DNA of 31,006 nucleotides, taken from positions 1-31,006 of the IMG/VR virus record IMGVR_UViG_3300012953_000123; one strand, 5' to 3'. The notes under the pieces were generated by a model. It did not search any database and was not told where the DNA came from. It saw nothing but the letters and a program-made list of their open reading frames with translations. Below are positions 16,202 through 25,531 of the stretch, in pieces. The translations under genes and the position numbers were made by a program. The stretch comes from a virus (lineage: Duplodnaviria > Caudoviricetes). Each line of letters starts with the position of its first letter. Position 1 is the stretch's first letter.

Positions 16202-19200
16202 TGAAAGCATTTAACGAAACAATTTACACATCAGAAGATATACTTGCTACAAATGCTGATTTTACTAATGTTACTGCCAAGAAATATGTTGGTGATGGTT
16301 CTTCTCTGACAGGTATAAGTGGTGATTCTTTAAATGTTAAAGAATATGGTGCTAAAGGAGATGGTAAGACTGATGATACTAAAGCTATTAATGATGCTCT
16401 TACAGCAGCATCTCTTGCATCAGGAGAAGGTGTAAATACGGTTTATTTTCCCTCTGGAACTTATATGGTTACATCATCTATAATATTTCCATCTAATATT
16501 GCTGTGAAAGGTGATACTGCAAAGAATACCATCATTAAGATGGATAAGTCAGTTGGTAGAATGGAAGGATTGGGAATTATAGGAGAGTGGGATACGACAA
16601 CAGAAAATGTAATAATTGAAGATATAACTTTTGACTTTAATACTGAGAGATGGCATGGTTATAAAAACAGTACTACAGATTATGATAATACTACACTTCC
16701 AAGAGGAGAATTAGTTAATTATACACCAATATATTCACAACCAAAAACAGGAAGTTATAGTATAGGTGGTGTTGTAAAAGATATAAAACTTTTGACGGCT
16801 GGTGATGGTAATTATCTCTTGACAGTCAATTCACAAAGTAATGTTGCAACGACAGGTGGATCTGGATCTGGAATGACAGTTGATATTACATATACTGGGG
16901 AAGTGTTAGGTACAGGAGCTTTAACTAATAATGGTAGTGGTTATACTTCTGGTACAACTTATGGTCCTGTAGGTACAAATATCGTATCTGATACTGATGT
17001 CACTGGTAGCACTCCAGCTAAAGGAAAAGGATTAACACTTAATATTACTACTAATGGATCTGGTGAAGTAACTTCTGTTGCTACGGTTGAGAGTGGTAGT
17101 GGTTATTTAAAAGGAGATGAAATCGAGATTAATGGTGATAATGCTATAGGTTCTGGAGCAAAGTTTCCAGTTCAATCTATTAAAGGTATTGTCGGTGTTG
17201 TTGATGTTGGTAATAGTGGTGGTACTGATTATAAGGTTGGAGATGTTATCACGGTCTCTGGAGGAGGAGGAACTGGATGTACTTTTGAAGTTTCTAGTGT
17301 AGAAGGAACTTTAACTATTCCTAATCATGGATTTGAAGTGGGTGAAAGTGTAGATGTAGATTATACATCAGGAAGTGCTGTTAATGGTGAAATAAAAGTC
17401 AGAACAGTAACTGATAATAATACATTTACAGTTTGGACAGAAGGATCGGTTGGTGTAGGAGATTGTGTAGTTAAAGCCGTAGCAAATGCGACTAATCGTA
17501 ATGCTTTAACTATCTACAATAGTAAATATGTAACATTAAATCGAGTACGTTGTCTTCATGGTCAAAGACATAGTTTGGATATAACGTCTTCCTTTAGAAG
17601 AGGCCAGATGGGGGTTGGTAGTACTTTTGCCGCATATTATGATAGTGCTATTACATATATGCACAAAGGAGCACAGTATATAACAGTAAATGATTGTTAT
17701 TTTACAGGTGCTGGAGATGATAACTTAACAACTCATTTTTCATCAGATATTTCAATCACTAATTGTATATCTGAATCTCCTAGAGGTGGTTATAGTACAG
17801 TTGATAGTGGTGGCCCAAATACTAATTGTTTTGAAATAGATGATGGTAGTAGAAATGTACAAATGTATAATTGTAGGGCATATAAAGGTAATCAAGGTGT
17901 AGAAATCAAAGCTCATGGTTATGCACCAGCTCCATATAATGTTATTGTTGATGGAATGGAAATTATTAACTGTGTTGGAGGTGTTGAATGTCATCATAGT
18001 GGATGGAGAACTCAAACAAGGGCTAGTGATACTGCATGGAGAGCAAATGGGGGGATTGATAATGCGACTGTCCCCACTGATCTTCAGGCTACTTATGCAG
18101 CAGGTAAACTAACATCACTAAGTGATAATGGTTATAGTGCAACAGGAAATAATGTAACCTTAAGTAATATTCAAATTATTGCTCCATGTGACCAGACCTT
18201 TAAAAAAATGGGTAATAATGGTGCAGATAAAGATGCAGATACCAGTAGACCTCAAAGAGCATTTGAACTGGGTTCTTATGATGGTGTGGTGGTCAATAAC
18301 CTTACTATTTCTGATGGTAGTAAAGATCGAGCATATACAATAGATGGTTATCAACCTAATAGTAACTTGGTAACCAATAATTCTGCAACAGGAAGTAATG
18401 GATATGTTATGCATCTACATAACTCTGTCCGAAATTGGACTATGAATAATGTTAGTATTAATGGTTTCTTTAGCAATAGTGCTGGTACTAAAAAAGGAGC
18501 AGATAGTGGAATTAGAATTGTTTCAAATATCGATGAAGGGTTTGTTATTAATAATCTTACTATTGCTGATGGTCCAGCACAAGCTATTTACCAAACAGGA
18601 TCAAATGGCAGATTTGTAGGAACGATTAATAATTATACAATCTATCAGACAAATACTCTTACTGATAATACGACGTGGAATGCTTTATCTTCTGATAAGC
18701 AATATGCTTTTAGATTGAATCAAGATGGAATTAAAGTAGGTAAAGGAAATATTATAGGTTATGGTTCTCAAGCAAGTACTGTATCAGACATATGGCATAA
18801 AGAAAAGACTGACAATCAAACTATTAGTGGTACACCTGAGTGGACTAATATTTCAGGTTTATCTCAGACTGTTACTGCTCTGAGTCCTGCCAGTAAATTT
18901 TTAATTACTGCTACTGTTAATGCGAGTATGGCAGGAGACGGGTATGATGGTTTGGTAAGATTAATGAGAGGTACCACTGTAATAGGAAGCACTTCTACAG
19001 AGGGTAGTGCCACTGCTAATAATACTGGTTTTGGTCAGGTAAGTGGGCAGAATTCAAAATTTGAAGCAAATAGTCTTTCAATAACTTATTTGGATACTCC
19101 TGGTGTAGGAAGTCATACATATCATATAGAAGGTAGAAATACTGATTCTAGTGTAAATATGGTGATAAATAGGCGAGGTCTTAATAATGATTTCTTTTTG

Positions 19201-19233
19201 GTTAGTCACATGACAATTCAACAAATTTCTTGA
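16201..19233 (+). CDS. Pectate-lyase-like beta-helix tailspike / putative depolymerase
   Basis: LNVKEYGAKGDGKTDDTKAINDAL...VYFPSGTY head; parallel beta-helix repeats; C-terminal beta-sandwich (ISGLSQTVT...TYLDTPG...TYHI). Confidence 0.85.
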   Translation: MKAFNETIYTSEDILATNADFTNVTAKKYVGDGSSLTGISGDSLNVKEYGAKGDGKTDDTKAINDALTAASLASGEGVNTVYFPSGTYMVTSSIIFPSNIAVKGDTAKNTIIKMDKSVGRMEGLGIIGEWDTTTENVIIEDITFDFNTERWHGYKNSTTDYDNTTLPRGELVNYTPIYSQPKTGSYSIGGVVKDIKLLTAGDGNYLLTVNSQSNVATTGGSGSGMTVDITYTGEVLGTGALTNNGSGYTSGTTYGPVGTNIVSDTDVTGSTPAKGKGLTLNITTNGSGEVTSVATVESGSGYLKGDEIEINGDNAIGSGAKFPVQSIKGIVGVVDVGNSGGTDYKVGDVITVSGGGGTGCTFEVSSVEGTLTIPNHGFEVGESVDVDYTSGSAVNGEIKVRTVTDNNTFTVWTEGSVGVGDCVVKAVANATNRNALTIYNSKYVTLNRVRCLHGQRHSLDITSSFRRGQMGVGSTFAAYYDSAITYMHKGAQYITVNDCYFTGAGDDNLTTHFSSDISITNCISESPRGGYSTVDSGGPNTNCFEIDDGSRNVQMYNCRAYKGNQGVEIKAHGYAPAPYNVIVDGMEIINCVGGVECHHSGWRTQTRASDTAWRANGGIDNATVPTDLQATYAAGKLTSLSDNGYSATGNNVTLSNIQIIAPCDQTFKKMGNNGADKDADTSRPQRAFELGSYDGVVVNNLTISDGSKDRAYTIDGYQPNSNLVTNNSATGSNGYVMHLHNSVRNWTMNNVSINGFFSNSAGTKKGADSGIRIVSNIDEGFVINNLTIADGPAQAIYQTGSNGRFVGTINNYTIYQTNTLTDNTTWNALSSDKQYAFRLNQDGIKVGKGNIIGYGSQASTVSDIWHKEKTDNQTISGTPEWTNISGLSQTVTALSPASKFLITATVNASMAGDGYDGLVRLMRGTTVIGSTSTEGSATANNTGFGQVSGQNSKFEANSLSITYLDTPGVGSHTYHIEGRNTDSSVNMVINRRGLNNDFFLVSHMTIQQIS

Positions 19234-19258
19234 CAAATCAGTAGGTATCTGCTATACT
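19230..19258 (+). promoter_or_regulatory. Sigma70-type promoter
   Basis: TTGACA (19230-19235), 17-nt spacer, TATACT (19253-19258) with extended -10 TG. Confidence 0.82.
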
Positions 19259-19281
19259 GTATGAGCCATATTACAGCATGG

Positions 19282-19461
19282 ATGGACGAAGAATACTTAG
19301 CTAAGTGTGTGGTGGATCCCACAAAGAAAACTTTTTATCTCTATTCAAATGAAGGAGATGTGAAAGAAATCGTATGCGATAATACACAACAGTTTATGAA
19401 TGTGTTGAGTGTTGTTCGTGCGACTTGCCCTGAAGATAGGTTGGTATATACGGACGTATAA
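19282..19461 (+). CDS. Small hypothetical protein (59 aa)
   Basis: MDEEYLAKCVVDPTKKTFYLYSNEG...; the ATG at 19261 lies before the predicted transcription start, so 19282 is preferred. Confidence 0.75.
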   Translation: MDEEYLAKCVVDPTKKTFYLYSNEGDVKEIVCDNTQQFMNVLSVVRATCPEDRLVYTDV

Positions 19462-19464
19462 ATA
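19457..19464 (+). promoter_or_regulatory. Exact T4 late promoter TATAAATA
   Basis: Perfect consensus overlapping a stop codon, 23 nt before the ATG at 19488. Confidence 0.7.
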
Positions 19465-19487
19465 TCGAAGGTAATGAAAAGTGACTA

Positions 19488-19616
19488 ATGGAAAAACAAA
19501 TCAAGGCATTAGAAAGATTACATGATGAATATAGGAAGGATAATAAAAAGAAGAAAGAAATAACAGAAGAAGAGTGGATACGTCTCCAAAGAACTGGTGG
19601 CGGTGCTGAAAATTAA
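19488..19616 (+). CDS. Small charged hypothetical protein (42 aa, absent from the ORF track)
   Basis: MEKQIKALERLHDEYRKDNKKKKEITEEEWIRLQRTGGGAEN*; fills the gap exactly and is TAATG-coupled to the next gene. Confidence 0.65.
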   Translation: MEKQIKALERLHDEYRKDNKKKKEITEEEWIRLQRTGGGAEN

Positions 19617-19927
19617 TGTATCAAATATCTTCTACTTATTGTTGGTATTCTGATTGGTTGAATAAGAATGAGAAAATAGTTCTCATGTATTTTATCAATG
19701 GAATACCTTTTACATGGGATGAGTTAGTAGATGTTGGTACAGAAGAAGAAGATGTATTGTTGATTGCGAATAACGAAAGAAAATATAATACGGAAGAAAT
19801 ATATAACTATTATACTTATTTGATGGAAGAGGAGTTTAATCCTTTAGTATATGAAATGGAACTAGAGAACCCTGAAGAGTTACCTTTAGACCAGTATGAA
19901 TATGGGGATGAAGATTTACCTAACTAA
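19616..19927 (+). CDS. Acidic hypothetical protein
   Basis: 103-aa ORF with MYFINGIPFTWDE and YLMEEEFNPL; coupled start. Confidence 0.75.
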   Translation: MYQISSTYCWYSDWLNKNEKIVLMYFINGIPFTWDELVDVGTEEEDVLLIANNERKYNTEEIYNYYTYLMEEEFNPLVYEMELENPEELPLDQYEYGDEDLPN

Positions 19928-19930
19928 ATA
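19924..19930 (+). promoter_or_regulatory. Putative late promoter (CTAAATA) for the fibre genes
   Basis: Overlaps a stop codon, 33 nt upstream of the ATG at 19964. Confidence 0.6.
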
Positions 19931-19963
19931 AGATATAGTAATAATTTTAGTAGTCATAATCCC

Positions 19964-22900
19964 ATGCCACTGAATAAATTAGATAACTTTATAAAGAATA
20001 CTGATGGACGAATTCTTTATGTGAGTCCAAGCGATTTAGATTCTACCGATAGTATTAGTAATGAAGGTACGTCATTGGCACGTCCATTCAAGACTATACA
20101 GAGAGCCCTCATAGAAGCGGCAAGGTTCTCTTATGTTAAAGGAAGAAATAACGACTTGATAGAAAGATCAACAGTAATGTTGATGCCTGGTGAGCACGTT
20201 GTAGATAATAGACCAGGAGAAGTAATATTGAATGATAGTGGTACTGCCAAGATAAAGAAAGCAGGAGTATCAGGTTCAGGAAGTGTTGCTAGAACAGATT
20301 TGGATTTGAACTTAGGTTCAAACTTTGACCTAACTCAAGATAGTAATATACTTTATAAGTTTAATAGTGTAAATGGTGGTGTAATAGTCCCTAGAGGTAC
20401 ATCTATTGTTGGACAAGATTTAAGAAAGACTAGAATCCGTCCATTATATGTACCTAATCCTACAGATGATAACGTACCTAGTTCTTCTATTTTCAGAATA
20501 ACTGGTACATGCTATTTCTGGCAGTTCTCTGTATTTGATGGAAATGATTTAACTGAAGTTTATACTGATGATGAAGATTTTAGTTTGGTGGCTACTCCTA
20601 TATTTTCCCATCACAAACTAACTGTATTTGAATATGCTGATGGTGTTAATAAGGTAGAATATACTGGTTCTGGTGGTACATTTTATTATGATCTAACTGA
20701 TCTTGATATGTATTATGCCAAGATATCTAATGCGTATAATGAAGGTTCTACAAGACCAATAACTACTCCAGAGAAATATCCTGAAGATCCGCAAGCATTT
20801 GATAAGCAACTACCTGAATTTGAGATTGTAGGTGCTTTTGCTAGTGATCCTGTAGTTATTACTTCAATCTTTGCGGGTGATGGTTTGGGTAATGTTAGTG
20901 AGCAAATAACTGTTAATACAGCAACCGATCATAATCTTGATGTTGGAACCCCTATTAAAATTAGAGGTGTTGGAGGAGAACCTCAGTATAATATCTCCAC
21001 TCTTGTATCGGGAGTAAGTAATACTAATTCTAAACAGTTCTTTTATAGTATTCCTGGTATCAAAGCACCATTCCCTAATGGTAATACTTCTGCTGCTACC
21101 GTTACAGTTGAAACCGATACTGTAAAAGGTGCATCTCCATATATCTTTAACTGTTCTATGCGTTCAGTTTATGGTATGAATGGAATGAAGGCAGATGGTA
21201 GTAAGTGTACTGGTTTCCGTTCTATGGTTGTTGCCCAGTTTACGGGTATATCACTACAGAAAGATGATCGTGCGTTTGTAAAATATGATGATTCATCACG
21301 TTCTTACACTGGCATCACTTATGCTACAGAAAATGGCGGTACATTATCAGCACAATCCTCTGCTACAGGTACTGGTCAAGCATATCACTTAGATTCTAGT
21401 GCTGTGTATAGACCAGGATGGGAGACATGTCATATAGACATCACTAATGATGCAGTTCTTCAAATCGTTTCTGTATTTGCTATTGGATATACAAAGCATT
21501 TTGCTGCAGAAAATGGTGGTGATGCTTCTATTACAAACTCTAACTCAAACTTTGGTCAGTTAGCATTAGTTTCTGAAGGATTTAAGAAGGAATCATTTTC
21601 TAAAGATGATAAAGCAATTATAACTTCTATTATACCACCTAGAGCAATCGAAACAACTGAAGAAGATATTAACTGGTTGGCACTAGATATTACCAAAACA
21701 AAAGCACAAACAGATAAGACAAGATTATATCTTCAAGGATATATTGACCAAGACGTTTCACCCCCAGTTACTCAACAGGGTTATAAGATTGGTGCAAGAG
21801 TTGGTGAGACCTTATACTTAACTATAGGTGGAATATCAAAAACCTCAAAAATTGTAATTCCTAATAGTAGTAATCAGTCTTCAAAAGTATCATATAATGT
21901 CCTAAGTTCTCCTTCTTCAGTTTCTAATAGTTTTACTATAAGTGCTACACATACTTTAGAAATTGCTGAAAAGGTTATTGTTCGTAGTGAAACAGGAGAT
22001 TATCCACAGAATATTGAGGGTGATATTGTTTATTATATAATCAAAGATGGACTAGATAAAGTTCAGTTAGCATCTTCTTATACTAATGCTATAAAAGGGA
22101 ATAATATTATTGTATCGGGAGGTACAGAACTTGAAATCGTATCTAGAGTAACTGATAAAACTGCTGGTGATGCTGGACATCCAGTTCAATATAGTTCTAC
22201 TGGACAAGTTGGTTGGTATATTAATACTAATCCTACTGGTAATGATATATGGGATACATTAACTGGAACTGGTCCTTCTGAAATCAGTGTCTTTAAGAGA
22301 ATAGATGATACTCGAAGTTTGGATGAAAAGATTTATAAGGTAAGGGTTGTAATACCTAGTACTGCAGGAGTTTCTAAGAACCCAGAGGCAGGATTTGCTA
22401 TTCAACCATCTAGTAATACGGGTGCGAGATCTGATGCAGACTTCACATTAAATACTCAATTAACTGAAGAAGATTATTTCTTTGAAAGAAATCCAAGGTT
22501 TATTGCTACATGCACATCACCTGGAACCACTTCAGTTGCGACTATTAGAACAGAAATACCTCATGATGTTAATATTGGTGATACAATCATTGTTACAGGA
22601 GTTACTGATACTGAGAATATAACTGGTGTAGCAAATACTGGATACAATGGTACATTTGTGGTAAGTGGAGTTCCTAGTGATATGGAATTCTCATATGAAT
22701 GTCCTAAACTACATGGAACAGTATCTACAAATAATAGCACTGTTAGATCTACTGCATTACCTAGATACTCACGAAATAATACCCAATCTAACCTTTATAT
22801 TTACAGAAATGAACAGATTGCAGAGTATATAAAGGATACTCAGGATGGTGTTTATCATTTATATGTCTTCGATGCAAAAAATGCACCACCAGAGGTGTTT

Positions 22901-25513
22901 ACATCTCAAAAATACAGTCAGAATGTTGTCAATCTCTATCCACAGTTAGACAGGGATAATGTAGATGCTAACCCTAGAGCTGCTACATCATTTGCAAAGA
23001 GATCTCCTATTGGTGATGTTGTAACAAATGATCTTAAATATAGTCTAACGAGAGAAAGTGTAGATGATTTAAGTAAAGTATTGGGTATTGGTAAGAGTGT
23101 GGCATCAGTAACCCCTCAAGGGTCTAGTGGAAAAGTCTATAATGTTACATTCTCACAAAGACATGGATTTCTTGGTATTTCAACTGCTAATATAAAATCT
23201 GGTGCTGCTGGTTCAACATACAATAATGGAACCTATCAAAACGTCAAAATATTGACTGGATCACAGACAGGAACATGGCAAGGAGCAACTGCCAATGTAA
23301 CAGTTAGTGGTACAGCAGTTAACTCTGTTGAGATAGTAGCACCAGGTTCTGATTATTCTGTTGGAGATTATTATTTTGATCAGACATCTATAGGTAGTGG
23401 TAATGGTGCTGCTAGACTTCAAGTTTTTAGTAGTGGTCTTTATAATGCTGCTGGTGGGATTCTGCAGTTTACTGGAGTTGGAACTACTGATGATACGTAT
23501 GCAAGCATTGACTCTATTACCAATGAAACTACAGTTCAGGTATCTAATGCTTTAGTAACAGATGCTGCACCTGTTCCAAATCAGATAGCTTTAGAACTTG
23601 ATGGTCTAGCTGAGTTCGACAGTGTGTCTTATTCTGCAGTTACAGATCTTACAACCTTTACTACTTCTGCTAACGAACCCCATGGAGTAGTTGCTGGTAA
23701 TCAGATTAGACTACAGCAAGGTACTGGTATTGTAACAGGTGATTATTTTGTTCAAACAGTTACTGATCCTAGAGTGTTTGCAGTAAAAGGTGATGTATCT
23801 ACTGCAACTATGTTCTTTAAACTTGGATATGCTGCTAATGAGAACGTTTCTGATTCAACTGCTGAAAACTTAAGTATCAGAGCATTTCCTCTTACAGAGC
23901 AGTTTCAAACTGCTGTAGCAGCAGATGCTATTGTTGCAGGTGCAGGTGCTAATACTGTTCGAATGTCTAACTTTAGTAATAATGCTACTACAACTCCTTT
24001 GGAGAGATTCCCTTATGGTTCTTATTTCCAAATAGATGATGAAATCTTTAGGGTAGCACTTCCAACTTTAAGTGGTGCTGGTAATGATGTAGTTACAGTT
24101 ATTCGTGGTGCATTAGCAACTCAAACTGAAGCACATGATGCTGGTTCACTTATTAGAAAGATTAAACCAATTCCTATTGAGTTTCGTAGACCTTCACTGA
24201 TTCGTTGTTCAGGACATACATTTGAATATCTTGGTTTTGGTCCTGGTAACTATTCAACTTCTTTACCTCAAGTTCAAGACAGAACACTAACTGAAAGAGA
24301 AGAGTTCCTATCTCAATCTCAAGAGAAAGGTGCTGGTATTGTTGTATATACTGGTATGAATAGTAGTGGAGACTTCTACATTGGTAACAGAAAAACATCT
24401 TCTTCTACTGGAGAGATTACCACATATGATACTCCTGTTTCAACAGTTACGGGTCAAATACCATCAAGATTAAGTTCTGTATTTGATGAGTTAGTTATAA
24501 AAGAAAGACTTGTTGTAGAGGGTGGTGATTCTACTGATGTATTATCACAGTTTGATGGCCCTGTTACATTTAACAAGACTGTTAAAGTTAACGATACATT
24601 AGATGCTTCAGGTAGGTTCCAGTCAACAGATAGCACTGATGCTACCAGTTCAACTGATGCTGCATTAACTGTTACTGGTGGTGTTGGTATTGGTTTAACC
24701 CTGAGAATTGATGGAGATATTATTTCTACTGGTTCAACTATAAGTTCCAATAACCATATAGGGGCTGCTAGTATAGGAGCAGGAACTTCTATAACGGCTG
24801 GTTTCGATTGGCCTCCTACTGGTAAGTTCTATGGTGATGGTTCTAAATTAACAGGTTTAACTCAACCTGGATCAGATACACCACTTCATTTGAATGATAA
24901 TATAAAGGCTACCTTTGGTAATACTATTAGTAATCCTGATTTAGTGATATTTCATGATCTAAACAATTCTATTATTAGAGAGGTAGGTACAGGGAATCTT
25001 TATACTCAAAGTGATGGAAATGTTTACATTTCAGGAACAAATGGCACTACCTTAATGGCAAAGTTTGCTAATCAAGGAAATCAAGAGTTATATCACACTA
25101 ATGCTGATGATAGTGGTTATATGAAGATCAGCACTGATGAAAATGGAGCAAAAATTGGTTTATCAACCATGTCTTCTACGAGTAATCTCTATGTCTATGG
25201 TGACATCTATGCTTTCTATTCATCTGATCAAAGATTAAAAGATAATATTAAACCTATTGATGATCCTCTTGCTAAAGTACTTTCAATCAGTGGTAATACC
25301 TTTGATTGGAATGAAGCATCTAATAAAAAAGGGCCTGATGTTGGTGTTATTGCACAAGAAGTTGATGCACTTGGACTTCCTGGTATTACAACTATTAGAG
25401 AAGATGGTACTTATGCAGTTAGGTACGAGAAATTAGTTCCTGTATTGATTGAAGCAATAAAAGAACTATCAGAGAAGGTTGATAACCTTGAACAAAAACT
25501 ATCAGATAAATAA
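19964..25513 (+). CDS. Large virion structural / tail fibre protein with C-terminal peptidase S74 intramolecular chaperone
   Basis: N-terminal ILYV...RPFKTIQRAL; repeated H-x-L/V-x-x-G beta modules; C-terminal SSDQRLKDNI...FDWN...VGVIAQEV...VRYEKLVPVLIEAIKEL plus coiled coil. Confidence 0.88.
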   Translation: MPLNKLDNFIKNTDGRILYVSPSDLDSTDSISNEGTSLARPFKTIQRALIEAARFSYVKGRNNDLIERSTVMLMPGEHVVDNRPGEVILNDSGTAKIKKAGVSGSGSVARTDLDLNLGSNFDLTQDSNILYKFNSVNGGVIVPRGTSIVGQDLRKTRIRPLYVPNPTDDNVPSSSIFRITGTCYFWQFSVFDGNDLTEVYTDDEDFSLVATPIFSHHKLTVFEYADGVNKVEYTGSGGTFYYDLTDLDMYYAKISNAYNEGSTRPITTPEKYPEDPQAFDKQLPEFEIVGAFASDPVVITSIFAGDGLGNVSEQITVNTATDHNLDVGTPIKIRGVGGEPQYNISTLVSGVSNTNSKQFFYSIPGIKAPFPNGNTSAATVTVETDTVKGASPYIFNCSMRSVYGMNGMKADGSKCTGFRSMVVAQFTGISLQKDDRAFVKYDDSSRSYTGITYATENGGTLSAQSSATGTGQAYHLDSSAVYRPGWETCHIDITNDAVLQIVSVFAIGYTKHFAAENGGDASITNSNSNFGQLALVSEGFKKESFSKDDKAIITSIIPPRAIETTEEDINWLALDITKTKAQTDKTRLYLQGYIDQDVSPPVTQQGYKIGARVGETLYLTIGGISKTSKIVIPNSSNQSSKVSYNVLSSPSSVSNSFTISATHTLEIAEKVIVRSETGDYPQNIEGDIVYYIIKDGLDKVQLASSYTNAIKGNNIIVSGGTELEIVSRVTDKTAGDAGHPVQYSSTGQVGWYINTNPTGNDIWDTLTGTGPSEISVFKRIDDTRSLDEKIYKVRVVIPSTAGVSKNPEAGFAIQPSSNTGARSDADFTLNTQLTEEDYFFERNPRFIATCTSPGTTSVATIRTEIPHDVNIGDTIIVTGVTDTENITGVANTGYNGTFVVSGVPSDMEFSYECPKLHGTVSTNNSTVRSTALPRYSRNNTQSNLYIYRNEQIAEYIKDTQDGVYHLYVFDAKNAPPEVFTSQKYSQNVVNLYPQLDRDNVDANPRAATSFAKRSPIGDVVTNDLKYSLTRESVDDLSKVLGIGKSVASVTPQGSSGKVYNVTFSQRHGFLGISTANIKSGAAGSTYNNGTYQNVKILTGSQTGTWQGATANVTVSGTAVNSVEIVAPGSDYSVGDYYFDQTSIGSGNGAARLQVFSSGLYNAAGGILQFTGVGTTDDTYASIDSITNETTVQVSNALVTDAAPVPNQIALELDGLAEFDSVSYSAVTDLTTFTTSANEPHGVVAGNQIRLQQGTGIVTGDYFVQTVTDPRVFAVKGDVSTATMFFKLGYAANENVSDSTAENLSIRAFPLTEQFQTAVAADAIVAGAGANTVRMSNFSNNATTTPLERFPYGSYFQIDDEIFRVALPTLSGAGNDVVTVIRGALATQTEAHDAGSLIRKIKPIPIEFRRPSLIRCSGHTFEYLGFGPGNYSTSLPQVQDRTLTEREEFLSQSQEKGAGIVVYTGMNSSGDFYIGNRKTSSSTGEITTYDTPVSTVTGQIPSRLSSVFDELVIKERLVVEGGDSTDVLSQFDGPVTFNKTVKVNDTLDASGRFQSTDSTDATSSTDAALTVTGGVGIGLTLRIDGDIISTGSTISSNNHIGAASIGAGTSITAGFDWPPTGKFYGDGSKLTGLTQPGSDTPLHLNDNIKATFGNTISNPDLVIFHDLNNSIIREVGTGNLYTQSDGNVYISGTNGTTLMAKFANQGNQELYHTNADDSGYMKISTDENGAKIGLSTMSSTSNLYVYGDIYAFYSSDQRLKDNIKPIDDPLAKVLSISGNTFDWNEASNKKGPDVGVIAQEVDALGLPGITTIREDGTYAVRYEKLVPVLIEAIKELSEKVDNLEQKLSDK
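25505..25512 (+). promoter_or_regulatory. Putative late promoter (GATAAATA)
   Basis: Overlaps the fibre stop codon, 19 nt before the ATG at 25532. Confidence 0.55.
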
Positions 25514-25531
25514 CTAAAAATGTAGACATCA

